From the NCBI RefSeq assembly GCF_009914755.1, contig NC_060927.1: DNA of 64,000 nucleotides. One strand, given 5' to 3'. The notes under the pieces are model-generated. The model saw only the letters and a program-made list of their open reading frames with translations. It made no database searches and had not been told where the DNA came from. Below are positions 47,597 to 64,000 of this stretch, one piece after another. Made by a program: the position numbers and the translations under genes. The stretch comes from the human T2T-CHM13v2.0 reference genome, Homo sapiens. Numbering within the stretch: position 1 is the first letter of the stretch; every line of letters starts with the position of its first letter.

Positions 47597-47935
47597 GAGT
47601 TTGTCAACGCCCCTGCACCAAGAACAGCAGCTTGGAAGCTTGTTAGAAATGCAAATTCTTGGGCCTCCCTCCAGACCTGCTCAATCAGAATCCCCCAGGT
47701 TGGGACCAAGTAAATTCTATTTTGTAAATTCCCTGGGTGCTTCAGAAGAACCTAACCTGGTTGCAAGCCACTGTACTCCAGTCATCCAGACCCTTCCTAC
47801 TCAAAGTATGGTCCCTGGAACAGCAGCATCATCATTGCCTGGCAATTAGTAGAAATGCCAGGTCCCAGAGCCCATCAAATCCACAGTACAAGAGCCCAGG
47901 TGATGGCTACACACATCAGTCGAAGAAGAACAGGC
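47597..47935. mobile_element. Two adjacent MER5A/MER5A1 copies
   Basis: ggaagcttgttagaaatgcaaattcttgggcc...aatcagaat; ctactcaaagtatggtccctggaacagcagcatc...tagaaatgc. Confidence 0.75.
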
Positions 47936-48844
47936 CCCATGTCCCTGGACTTACGTGGAGTCACCTGCCTACACTAATTCCACCTTCCCACTTAACCATT
48001 TCAGAAGTGATTCTTTCTCTCTATTTCTTCCTACTAAGAGAAGTTCCTTCCTTCCTTTGAAGCAGGCTGACTCAAAATTTGCTTTCAGGAGTAACAAGAG
48101 AAAACCTCCCTCATAATAAACTGTGGAAACCTGATTTTAAAAATCTACCCAATTCAACGTGCCTCCTCCTTCTTCATCGATGCTTTATTTACCATTCCTT
48201 GGTATATTTAATAACACTTTACAATCCAATGCCTTGAGAGGACAAAACGTTTCTTCTCTTGGAGAACATAGCTGAGAGAGCGGGGAAAACAATCCCTGGA
48301 TTGATGAGTCCAAACAGAATAAGTCTTCAGCGTCCACAGGGGTGGGGAAAGGTCTGTCCTGGAGAAACTTGAATAGGTGTCTGACTTATTTCAGAGGCAG
48401 TGGGGATGGCTGGGAGTTTGGAGGAGGGAAGGTAGGGGGTGAAAAAGGTGGTGAGGAAGTTGCTGGGGACTAAAGAGATGAAGGCCTTGATGTGTGGGAA
48501 GGTGTGAAGGACCCAAGGGTGTCAACCAGGGGTCCAGCCCCACTTCATCGCATCATTTCTCTTTTGTACCCCTTAAGACAGGATGGGGTCAGGGACTGAG
48601 CATGGGGAGAAGTGAGCAGCCCATTTCAGGATTGACAGCCAACCTGTCTAGCTCTCAACATCCCAGAGCACTCTGCAGATGTTGTATCTTTCCTTCCTTT
48701 CCCCTCAGGAACTGGCTGAGAATATGACCTCCACTGGGAGCTCCTTCTTACTCAGAGGACGATGTCCAAATGCTGTACCTAGACATTCAAGGCCTTTCAC
48801 CACCTCACCCTGGCTCCTGCCCAACCTCTGGGCCTTCCGCACAC

Positions 48845-49510
48845 ACCAGTCAAATGCAGTAATTTTTCAGGAGCACCTACTTTGTGTCAGGCACTGCTAA
48901 AGGCACTTGGGATGAGGAGGTGAGAGAGATAAGGTCCCTGACCTCACACAGCTCAAATTCTAGTGGAGAGATGCAAAATGGACAAGAAAACAATGGCACC
49001 AGTCTGATGACTAGAGATGTTACAAGTGTTTTGAAGGAACCAACAGGGCAATGTGCTGAGGTGTGACTTCTCTAAGACATGGCATAAACTGAGACCTCAA
49101 GGACAAGAAGAAGCCAGCCCTGGGAAGTTCCGGAGGAAGGGAGTTTCTTCCCCTAGAAGAGGGCACAGCAAATGCTAAGGCCCTGGGGCAGGAGCAAGCT
49201 TTCAGAGGACAGAGTCAGCCAGGGGCTGGAGTGAGTGAAGGGGAGCAGGGCAAGAGATGAGGCCAGCGGCTGGCTGGACATGGAAAGGGGTTTGGGTTTT
49301 TTTTTCCAAATGGGAGAGGAAGCCACTGAAAGGTTTTATTGCTTGTTTGTTTTTGTTTTTGGAGAAGATGCTCAGTGAGACATGATCATATTTACATTCT
49401 TAAAAGACATCTTTGGCTGCTTCTGTTTGGAGAATAAGTTGGAGAGACTCAGGTGGAAGCAGGGAAGCAGTCAGGAGAAATATGATGAGGCTGGAAGACG
49501 GGGTCACAGA
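48845..49510 (-). mobile_element. L2 3' fragment
   Basis: gagcacctactttgtgtcaggcactgcta...gtccctgacctcac...ggaagccactgaaaggtttt...gacatgatcatatttacatt. Confidence 0.75.
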
Positions 49511-49756
49511 AGTTCCACCAACAAGCAGTGCCTTTTACACCCCGGTGCCTTTGCACATGCCGTTCCCTCTTCCTACAATGCCATTCCCACCTTCTCCATC
49601 TGAAAATTCCCACTTGAGCTTCCCTGAGCTACACAGGGTCACCACCCACCCTCATGTCTAAACATTACAATTTGTTGCCCCTTCCTTTGCCCTTTTTTGG
49701 AAATTGATGTCTCCCTCTGCCTTTGGAGGCAAATCATGACAGGTCCAAGGCATGCC

Positions 49757-49852
49757 TCAGCTACCACCAGTGGTGGGGCATTCAAGAAAGTGGCTGAAGT
49801 CAGAGATCAAACTGCCAGGCGGCAGCGAGGCTTGGGGAGGGGGGCCTGCCAT
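49757..49852 (-). pseudogene. Truncated L1 ORF0 fused to flanking DNA (31 aa)
   Basis: MAGPPPQASLPPGSLISD resembles the ORF0 N-terminus (MAGAPPPASLPPCSLISD, recalled), then FSHFLECPTTGGS* from TSD and flank. Confidence 0.7.
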
Positions 49853-50427
49853 TGCTGTGGCTTGAGTAGGTAAACAAAGCGGCCTGGAAGCTTGAACTGG
49901 GTGGAGCCCACCGCAGCTCAAGGAGGCCTGCCTGCCTCTGTAGACTCCACCTCTGGGGGCAGAGCATAGCCGAACAAAAGGCAGCAGAAACCTCTGCAGA
50001 CTTAAATGTCCCTGTCTGACAGCTTTGAAGAGAGTAGTGGTTCTCCCAGCACAGAGTTTGAGATCTGAGAATGGACAGACTGCCTCCTCAAGTGGGTCCC
50101 TGACCCCCAAGGAGCCTAACTGGGAGGCACCTGCTAGTAGGGGCAGACTGACACCTCACACAGCTGGGTACCCCTCTGAGATGAAACTTCCAGAGGAACT
50201 GTCAGGCAGCAACATATGCTGTTCAGCAATATTCGCTGTTCTGCAGCCTCCGCTGGTGATACCCAGGCAAACAGGGTCTGGAGTGGACCTCCAGCAAACT
50301 CCAACAGACCTGCAGCTGAGGGTCCTGAATGTTAGAAGGAAAACTAACAAACAGAAAGGACATTCACACCAAAACCCCATCTGTACGTCACCATCATCAA
50401 AGACAAAAGGTAGATAAAACCACAAAG

Positions 50428-51440
50428 ATGGGGAAAAAACAGCAGAAAAGCTGAAACTTCTAAAAATCAGAGCACCTCTTCTCCTCCAAAGGAACGCAGC
50501 TCCGCACCAGCAATGCAACATAGCTGGACGGAGAATGACTTTGACGAGTTGAGAGAAGAAGGCTTCAGATGATCAAACTTCTCTGAGCTAAAGGAGAAGT
50601 TCGAACCCATCACAAAGAAGCTAAAAACTTGAGAAAAGATTAGACGAATGGCTAACTAGAATAACCAGTGTAGAGAAGTCCTTAAATGACCTGATGGAGC
50701 TGAAAACCATGGCATGAGAACTATGTGACAAATGCACAAGCTTCAGTAGCCGATTTGATCAACTGGAAGAAAGGGTATCCATGATTGAAGATCAAATGAA
50801 TGAAATGAAGCAAGAAGAGAAGTTTAGAGAAAAAAGAGTAAAAAGAAAAGAACAAAGCCTCCAAGAAATATGGGACTATGTGAAAAGACCAAATCTACAT
50901 CTGATTGGTGTACCTGAAAGTGAGGGGGAGAATGGAACCAAGTTGGAAAACACTCTTCAGGATATTATCCAGGAGAACTTCCCCAACCTAGCAAGGCAGG
51001 CCAACATTCAAATTCAGGAAATACAGAGAATGCCACAAAGATACTCCTCGAGAAGAGCAACTCCAAGACACATAATTGTCAGATTCACCGAAGTTGAAAT
51101 GAAGGAAAAAATGTTAAGGGCAGCCAGAGAGAAAGGTCGCGTTACCCACAAAGGGAAGCCCATCAGACTAACAGCGGATCTCTCGGCAGAAACTCTACAA
51201 GCCAGAAGAGAGTGGGGGCCAATATTCAACATTCTTAAAGAAAAGAATTTTCAACCCAGAATTTCATATCTAGTCAAACTAAGCTTCATAAGTGAAGGAG
51301 GAATAAAATCCTTTACAGACAAGCAAATGCTGAGAGATTTTGTCACCACCAGGCCTGCCCTAAAAGAGCTCCTGAAGGAAGGACTAAACATGGAAAGGAA
51401 CAACTGGTTCCAGCCACTGCAAAAACATGCCAAATTGTAA
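50428..51440 (+). pseudogene. Disabled L1 ORF1p
   Basis: ATGGGGAAAAAACAG start; tracked ORF 50781-51440 is the ORF1p C-terminal part (EIWDYVKRPNL, RATPRHIIVRF, ARREW, LQKHAKL); stops and frameshifts upstream. Confidence 0.93.
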
Positions 51441-51503
51441 AGACCATCGATGCTAGGAAGAAACTGCATCAACTAATGAGCAAAATAACCAGCTAACATC
51501 ATA

Positions 51504-55324
<3,821 letters not shown>

Positions 55325-56289
55325 ACAATGAGAACACTTGGACACAGGAAGGGGAACATCACACACCGGGGCCTGTTTTGGGGTGGGGGGAGGGGGGAGG
55401 GATAGCATTAGGAGATATACCTAATGTAAATGACGAGTTAACGGGTGCAGCACACCAACATGGCACATGTATAAATATGTAACAAACCTGTACATTGTGC
55501 ACCCTAGAATTTAAAGTATAATAATAATAATAATAATAAAAGAAAGTGGCTGAAACTTCCCAATCCTCAGTTCCCTCATCTGGAAATGGGAACACAGTTA
55601 CACTTCCTGCTGACCCTAAGATGGGGGAATTTACAATGGGAGCACTCCCAGGGGACACCAGCCAGGGACAGGGGAAAAACAGGCCCTGGGAGAAGAATGA
55701 AGCAAAAAAGGTATGGCCTCAAGCATGACTCTAGTAGGGCAGCTGCAAGCCTGATGCTGAGGGGGAGCTCTGGGGTAGGTCACATTTCAGCAGTGGTCCA
55801 GCCCAGGGACCCATACCCACCAGTCACTTCCTAAGGGGCCCCGCACCAGAGTGACCACACGCTCCCAGGTGGTTTTGGTTCTCTGCAGGTACTGCCAAGG
55901 CGACTCCAGTAACCCTCTGGGGGCCTGCTAGAGAAGAGTTTCTGGCAGCATGGGCACTAGAAACAAAAGCAGAGCTGCAGGAGGGGAGTGCAGACAGCGG
56001 CATAGAGGGGGTCCAAGCTGAGCCCACTGAGCCACACACCTTGTTTTCAGGATATGGCAAGGACCACCTCCCAGACACCTTCCTGGCATGGGGCTTCCCC
56101 TGGGGAGGCAGGGACTACTAAGACACACCCATCTCTTTCAGAAGACTTTGGACTCTTCGAAGACAGGGTCAGGTCTCCTCTATCTTTGTATGTTTCCTGC
56201 TCTGTCCTTAGGAGTGAAAGAATGCCTTGGGGTCACTGATATTGTTTAACAATGATGCCAACTAACCCCAAAGCCTGCGACCCCACAGG

Positions 56290-56480
56290 ACAGCAAGCAT
56301 CTTACAAGTGGCCTCGTTGACTGCTCATGTCCACCCCAGAATCTCAGTAGTGCCATTACCCCCATCTGACAGGTGCGGAAATAGAGGCTCAGGGAGGCTG
56401 AGCAGAGTCTAAGAGCCAGGGAGTGTTTTTGTGGGGATGGCAACCCAGAATCACTGAGCTCCAGAGCCGGCACCCTGCTC
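56290..56480 (-). mobile_element. MIR
   Basis: gccattacccccatctgacaggtgcggaaatagaggctcagggagg. Confidence 0.7.
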
Positions 56481-57089
56481 CCTTTTCCTTTTATCACCTG
56501 CAGCTGTCACCCCCGCAGCATGTTTCTAATGAGAAGATCATTAGAAACCACTTCCTGGAAGCCCCCTGGGGTCTCACACTAAAGTGGTCAGCGGCTGAGA
56601 GGATTTGGTTTATCCTTAACAACAGAGTAGCTTCTGGGGTCCCCAAGGAGACCTGCACCACATACCCCCTCTCCCACAAATCAAAGCCCCTCTCGCCTGG
56701 CCCCCAACTCCAGGGCAATTAAACTACTCACAAAGGCTGGAGTTCCTTTTCTGAAAGATTTGTCTGCAGCAACAACAGTGTGTCACTCGAAGGCACCTCT
56801 GGAAGGCTCCTTGGTCATGGGATTCGGCTTTTCCGCAGGTTACACAGCTCCCCTCCTCCTGGCATGGCCCCACAAGGTTTGTTGGGACTTAGGAACTAAT
56901 CCTATTCACCAAAACACTTTTGTGAGCCTGGGATCTGGGTCTGTTGGGCGCATTTTTAATATGCGTGTTCTCAGAGGTAAGAGAGATGATAAAAGATTGT
57001 TGGAAACACAAGAGCAAGGTATTTGATCTAGCGGGTGCCTTGAAAAGGGAAGGCAATAGAGAAAGCCACCTTTGCCTGATTTGGGAAAG

Positions 57090-57905
57090 AAGGAAACATT
57101 GATCTTTTTTTCTACCAATTCTGGTCTTCCTCCAGTCCCTCCCATCTCAGGAAAAGGCACAAGCAACTGCCCCCATGCCTATCCAGAAACCTGGGAGCTA
57201 TTTGGACACCTCCCCCAACCCACTCCATCACCAATGTCAAAGGTGCTCTCAGACCCAGCTGCTCCTCTTTGTTCCTGCCACTGCTGTCTCCTCCTCTGAG
57301 CCACTAGCATCTCCAGCCTAGGCAACCATGGTGGCTCCCTGTTGGGCTTCCTGTCCACCCCATCCCTTTACCATCTGATCTTTGAGGAATGAAAATTGAT
57401 CCATGTCACTGCATATACCTGCTACCCTGCTCTGAGCCCCCTGAAGCTTCCCTTTGCATTGAGGATGAAGAATAAAATCCATACAGCTCCTGCCTGGCAC
57501 CCACGCACCTCAGCCTGCACCATGCCCTTCTTGCTTATGGAGCTCTGGCCACAGGCCCTTTGCACAGGCTGAGCTCTCTGTCTCTGTAGTCTTCCCTCAG
57601 CCTAGCTAACTCCTCTTCATCCTTCAGACCTCCATTCAGTGTCACTTCTTGGGGAAGCCTTTCCTGAGCATGCTGGCTGGGCTGTCCCTGCTGTCCCTTA
57701 CTAACCTCCCAGAGCTCTGTGCACGGCATGCACCTATCTCTCACCAAGCACAACTTGACACGTAACTGTGGGGTTCCTGGAATAGGGGCTGCCTCCTGGC
57801 TGGGCTGGGAGAGACCCTTATCTGGTTTTGCCCGTTGTACCCCCAGCACATTCACAGTGCCTGGCACCTACTAGGACTCTATAACTACTGCCTGAATCAA
57901 TGAAC
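57090..57905 (+). mobile_element. L2 3' fragment
   Basis: ccctcccatctcagg...ctaactcctcttcatccttcagac...ccccagcacattcacagtgcctggcac...tgaatcaatgaa. Confidence 0.8.
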
Positions 57906-59329
57906 AAAAGCAAAGATGTGTGGGAATTTACAGCTGAAACTGCATTTGAGGTTGCTTGGAGGGCATGCCAAATCTCAATTTCTTCCTAAAATTTAGGCTC
58001 AGCTCCCCTCCTGGCATCTAAGTTCCTGAAGGAGTCACAGGCATGGTGTCACCTCTCATTCTGGGAGTCTTGCCCGCCTCCAGCAGGGGATAAGCTGGTA
58101 TCAGAGCTGGCAGCAGAGGGAGATCAATCACAGAAGGAAAAAGAGACCAGGGCTGCTCCACTAGACCAGAGAAGGGCTCTGCTTCTGTCCTCATCAGAAA
58201 AACCTAGAGAGGGATTCTTTAGGGTGGAAGAGTCTTCTTAGGGATATCCTGAATGCCCCTCACTATGCATTTCATAGGGAAAGAAAGCAAGAGTCAGATA
58301 CACTTAAGAACTTGCTTTTGGTTTTAAAAAGTCTGTGGCGCCACAGGGACAGAATCGAGTTCACCTGCTTAGAGCTTTCCTGCAGCATGCAGCACCCCTG
58401 GCTGCCCTACCTGAGTCCCCTGGGCACGGAGTCCCCAAATACACTAACTCAGAAGTGCTATCAGTTTTGGTGGGTCAGACATTCCCTCTCCCCTGGCCCT
58501 ACAGCTCCCTGCTACTACGCTGCTTTTAAAAGCAGAGACTTGGCCACAACGGAGAGAGATGACCAGAGTGGGCACGGGCAGCAACTGTTTCCTTCGGGGG
58601 TAAAAGCATAACCACCCCTGGCCTTGAGCCAGATGCCAGACCTGGAACCTTGCTCCTCTGAGCCCAGAGTTCCTTTCTGTCTCTCTCTACAACACTGTTT
58701 TCCTTCTCCCTGATACCCCAGGTACTGATTGGCACTGAGTTGCTTCAGTAAGTCATTGTACTCTCCACACCCCACCAATGCCCGACCAATCCCTCTTCTT
58801 CCAGGACGCCTGCCCAGAGGCTGGTGGTGCCCAGCTCTCACAGGTGCAAGTCCTGCGGCCTCTTGTTCAGTAAGGGATTTCTATGCATACACCAGATAAG
58901 GAAACTTTGAGCAGATTCCATCTTCTCTGTCAGCTGAGCACATAGTAAGATGGGTGGAAGCCCAGAGAACAGGCCAATGGATGAATGAAGGAGGCTCAGT
59001 CCCTCCAGCTCCGGAGGCCCCTACATGTGTTTCCTCTTGCTCCACTGGAGGAGTGCCCGGAAGTGGCAGAGAGGCACGAAGCCCCGCCCTGAGACCTGCT
59101 TTTCTGCAGAGCCTGGGTAGTGACGGCTGGCCAGGGGAGGCTCTCTAGCCCTTTCAGGAACACAGTGTTCTGCCCCCACGACTCTCTGAGTTTTAAAATT
59201 CCACCACCTGATGTTTTCCAGGCTTCCCACTTTAGTGGAGTTACCAGGCAACCAGGACTATTTCTTCCACTCCTTTAGATTCCTGTAAGGGTCCAGGCAG
59301 AGTTCCCATCCTCACTGGGGCTCAGAGCC

Positions 59330-59620
59330 TTGGATACCCAGGAGATCCTGCTTGGCCTCTGGCTGACTGTGTTTCCTCTCTTGGGCCTCAGTTTCTCTGT
59401 CTGGAGAATGAAGGGACTGGGCAGGACCACCTCCGAGGTGGTCTCCACCAACACCTACTCCTTGTTGGACATTGTCCAGCAGTCCTCACAATGGTCAGAG
59501 GAGTTAGGCATTCTCCCTATTTTATAGATGAGGAAACTGAGGCAGAGAGGTAATGCCACTGGCTCAAAGTCATCCAGCTGGTGAGCAGTGGTGGGGAATT
59601 TCAGCCTGGGCCTCTCAGAC
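59330..59620. mobile_element. MIR3 (+) and MIR (-) pair
   Basis: gggcctcagtttctctgtctggagaatgaaggg; ctattttatagatgaggaaactgaggcagagagg. Confidence 0.75.
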
Positions 59621-60439
59621 ACCACAATATTATGTCTTTGGGTGATTCAGAGACATCTCTGGAGGCTGAGGGGGCTGGGTGCGTCCCTGAGACTGCCCTT
59701 TCTTCATAAAAATCCCCCAGAAGCCAGGTAGCAGGGAAAGGCTGGGTGAGAACGCATCCTTCTGGGGTTTCCCGCACTCGGCGTGTCAGCCTGGGCTGCA
59801 GTCTGCATCAGGAAGTCCCACTGAAGTGCCACGCCATCAGAATGCTCTGCCCATGAGCTACTGACTGGAGACTTTCACAGGGACCATTTCTGGTCTTTAT
59901 AAAAAGCCCGAGGGCTCAGCAGGACAAGTGAAGGTAACTATTCTACAGAGGTCGAGGGAAAGGGGCTCCTTGCCTAAGTTAACGTGTCCCCCAGTGGCAG
60001 CCCAGACCCCTTCAACCCCAGATCCAGCAGCGTGCTCTGAGTAGGAGAGCTGCCGTTAGAAGGAACAAGATGGGGAGACAGGCAGACACGAACTGGTGGC
60101 CAAAAACCTCCAGCAGTCCAGGACTCTCTCCAGTCTTCTGGGTAAATTTCAAGCTCCTTTCTTACTATGCAAAATAAACAACTGAGACAACCTCATTGGA
60201 GGTAAAGAACTCTGATCTATTTTCAAAATCAAGGGCTGTTGTTTCCTTTCTAAAAAGAAATCACTGAACGAGGACAGATAGTGCAGGGGTGGGCAGGGGT
60301 GGGGGCGCTCAGTGGCCACAGGGTGGCTGCTGGGGCCCCATCCTGGCTTCCGACCTCCTGGTGCCGCGTGACCTTAGGCACATGGCCTGTGGCATTGGGG
60401 TGTGGCCTCCCAGCCTGTAAGATAGGAGGGCAACGTGGG

Positions 60440-61380
60440 CAGCTCACAGAGGCTCACCAATGTCCTGCACGTTAGAGTCAGCTCCATGCTTCTGTGCATT
60501 TGATCCCCACAATAAACTTGAACTATAGGTCTCATTGTTGTCACCATCGGGTAAAGGTTCAGAGAGGTTAAGCGACTTGGTCATGGTCACACAGCTTGAG
60601 AATTAGAGTTGGGATTCAAACCCAGATCGATCTAACTCCCGAATCATGCCCTAACTGCCCCGTGCTTGAGAAGTGAAATCCTGTGACTCTACCAGGAATG
60701 ACAACACCGGTAAAGAGAGCCCATCATGAGAATTTTGAGCAGCTTCTCTGCACATTATCCACCAGGTCACTTTAAACTGACTCTTGCCCCCAGGCGTGCC
60801 CCTGCCTCAGGGCCTTTGCAGTAGCTGTTCCCATCCCACAAGATTCTTTCCCAGATATCCTAAGGGCTGCCTCCTTCACCTCCTTCAAGTCTTTGCTCAG
60901 TTGTCACCTTCCTTGACCTCCTTTTTAAAATTGTACCCCCCCACCCCTTCTGCACTTCAAACTCCCAATCCCTCGGTCCTATTTTATTTATTTTTCTCCA
61001 TGGCACATCCCACCATCTAACAACCTCCTGCATTCCGCTTGCTGTCTGTCACTATGAGAATTTACCCAGCTCAGGGCAGGCTCCTCGCCTGCTTGCTTTC
61101 TGCTGTATCCCCAGCCCCTAGCATGGAGCACAGCACAATGGGCAGCATACAGTAGGCAGCACACAGTAGGCGCTCAGTGGATCATGCACAATCGTGACTG
61201 CTCACACAACCCGAGGAGAGCCGCACTGTTCTGTCCCCTCCTTACAGATGGAGAGGTTAGAGGATCTGTCCTGAGTCACGTGGCTTGCAAATGGTAGAAC
61301 AACTGCTCTACATTCAGCCTCAGGAAGCAAACATCCAACAACAAAATGCTCAGAATGTAAGAGGGGAGGGGAATCCTTCT
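60440..61380. mobile_element. MIR (-), L2 3' (+, 60770-61180) and further MIR/MIR3 fragments
   Basis: ggttcagagaggttaagcgacttggtcatggtcacacagc; cctgcctcagggcctttgca...ctgctgtatccccagccccta...cagtaggcgctcag. Confidence 0.7.
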
Positions 61381-61779
61381 CAGAACTGGGGGCTGGGACC
61401 CTCTGGGAAGCCACAGTCCTTGAGAAACCAGGGTTTGGGGATATTTGCCAAATGCTTTTCTCTTCCTGTCCCAAAGAGGACTTGTTGGGACCCCAGGCAG
61501 GACATGAATGGCGTCTTGAACCCAGGGCCACATCTTTGGGGTTACAGCAAGGAAAGGCTGCAAGATTTCCCTGAGCAGGGCATGACTGGGAGGTACAGCC
61601 TCGGCCAGACCTCCGCCCAACACAGTCTCCTGGGAGCCTCTTCCTGGCCCCAGATCTCCCCAGCCCATACCCCATTCCTATTCTGCAGGTCCAGAGGGCC
61701 CCGCTCCACCCTCCTTTCTCCTCACCTCCCAGCTCCTCCCTGAACGCTGTGTTTGGGGCTCACCTCTCAACCTCATCTC

Positions 61780-61945
61780 TTTCACCCCTTTAAACTGTGG
61801 CTTGTGTCAGAATCACCTGGGGAGTTACAAATACAGGAGCTGGGCCCCTCCCGTAGACTCTGGGTCAGTGAGCTGAGTGGGCCCAGGCACCCATAAATAT
61901 TTTTGACAAGTTCCCAGGCAATTTCAATGCGGGCTATCCACAGCC
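61780..61945. mobile_element. MER5-family element
   Basis: tgtcagaatcacctggggag...gggcccaggca...ttttgacaagttcccaggcaatt. Confidence 0.65.
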
Positions 61946-62079
61946 TCCCTAGACGAGGGCTCCCTCAGGGACTGTGCCCAGAGACCCTGGCCATGGTTTG
62001 CATCGCCTCTGAGCCCTGGAGGTGAGTCCTCATTTTATAACCAAATTGTCACCCCCACCCCCCAGAGACAGGAACACAT

Positions 62080-63340
<1,261 letters not shown>

Positions 63341-63659
63341 CTCCAAATGTGGTCATGTCTCATCTAAATAGAGTTCTCTTCTGGGGCAGCAGGCATGATC
63401 AGCAGGCTGGCCTGAATCACACTATCCTGGAGATACCCTAAGATATTAGGATCCCTCTTGAATCTCCCGAATCAGGATTTTTCCCTGAAGAAAGCAGAGT
63501 TGGAATGCAACGGGAGGTGGTGGTAAAAGGGGTGGAGTGGCAGGCAGAAAACCAGGAGTCCGGAGAACTGGTTCCAGTTCAGCTATCGACTGCTCTGTGG
63601 TTTGGGGCCCTCTCTGTGCCTCGGTTTCCAAATATACCTTCAGGCAGTATGGGCTAGGC

Positions 63660-63920
63660 CATTACTTCTCAAAATTCCACATGCACACAGATCATGTGCG
63701 GCCCTTGTCGAAGTATAGATTCCAGCTCAGTAGGTCTAGTCCTCGGCCCAGTTTCAGCCCCGAAATCCCACATCCCAGGAAGTCTCTTAGTCCTGGACAA
63801 ACCAGGATGGTTGGTCACCCTAGGGAGGAGTCTGAGAGTCTTTATTTATGGAATTTATGGAAAGTCCCCAGGTGATGCCAATACTGCAGGTCAGAGGCCT
63901 GCACTTTGAGCAGAAATGAT
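63660..63920. mobile_element. MER5-family copies nested in MIR3
   Basis: cttctcaaa...gcacacagatca...gattccagctcagtaggtct...ccccaggtgatgccaatactgcagg...cactttgag; MIR3 halves flank at ctag. Confidence 0.65.
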
Positions 63921-64000
63921 CTAGCAGTCTCAAGGTCTCTTCTTGTTTGGAGTCTGTGATCCTAGAATCCCAGTTTGATTCTAGTGCTTGGGGTGATGCC

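Noticed and set aside
61141-61172. 14-bp duplication ggcagca(t/c)acagta
   Set aside because: Trivial slippage within an L2 tail.

Overview
This is primate, almost certainly human, genomic DNA of moderate GC content. It is rich in MIR, L2 and hAT-Charlie repeats and poor in Alu. I find no intact cellular protein-coding exon; nearly all tracked ORFs are chance or repeat-derived, and the only recognisable protein homology is to disabled L1 ORF0/ORF1/ORF2. The window reads as intronic sequence of a minus-strand gene. It has a textbook 45-nt non-coding exon at 12270-12226 and a CpG-rich candidate alternative first exon ending at a GTAAGT donor at 1497/1496, and most L1 sequence lies on the + strand (antisense to such a host). 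From memory this layout fits the 5'-UTR exon region of ATP2B2 (PMCA2, 3p25.3); that assignment is tentative and unverified. Major insertions are a 5'-truncated L1PA4-like element (49799-55539, 15-bp TSD), a two-LTR THE1B provirus inside a (TGGA)n array (41953-43895), an old L1M retaining its 5' end, MER21/MLT1/LTR33 LTRs, MER82 and two L3/CR1 remnants. Subfamily names come from recalled consensus sequences, not a RepeatMasker run, and ancient-repeat boundaries are approximate. I see no convincing new biological system. The best leads are tandem uORFs in the alternative exon, an L1 antisense promoter with chimeric ORF0 facing host-sense, gene conversion and template-switch events in the THE1B LTRs, and a CpG-rich MER82.
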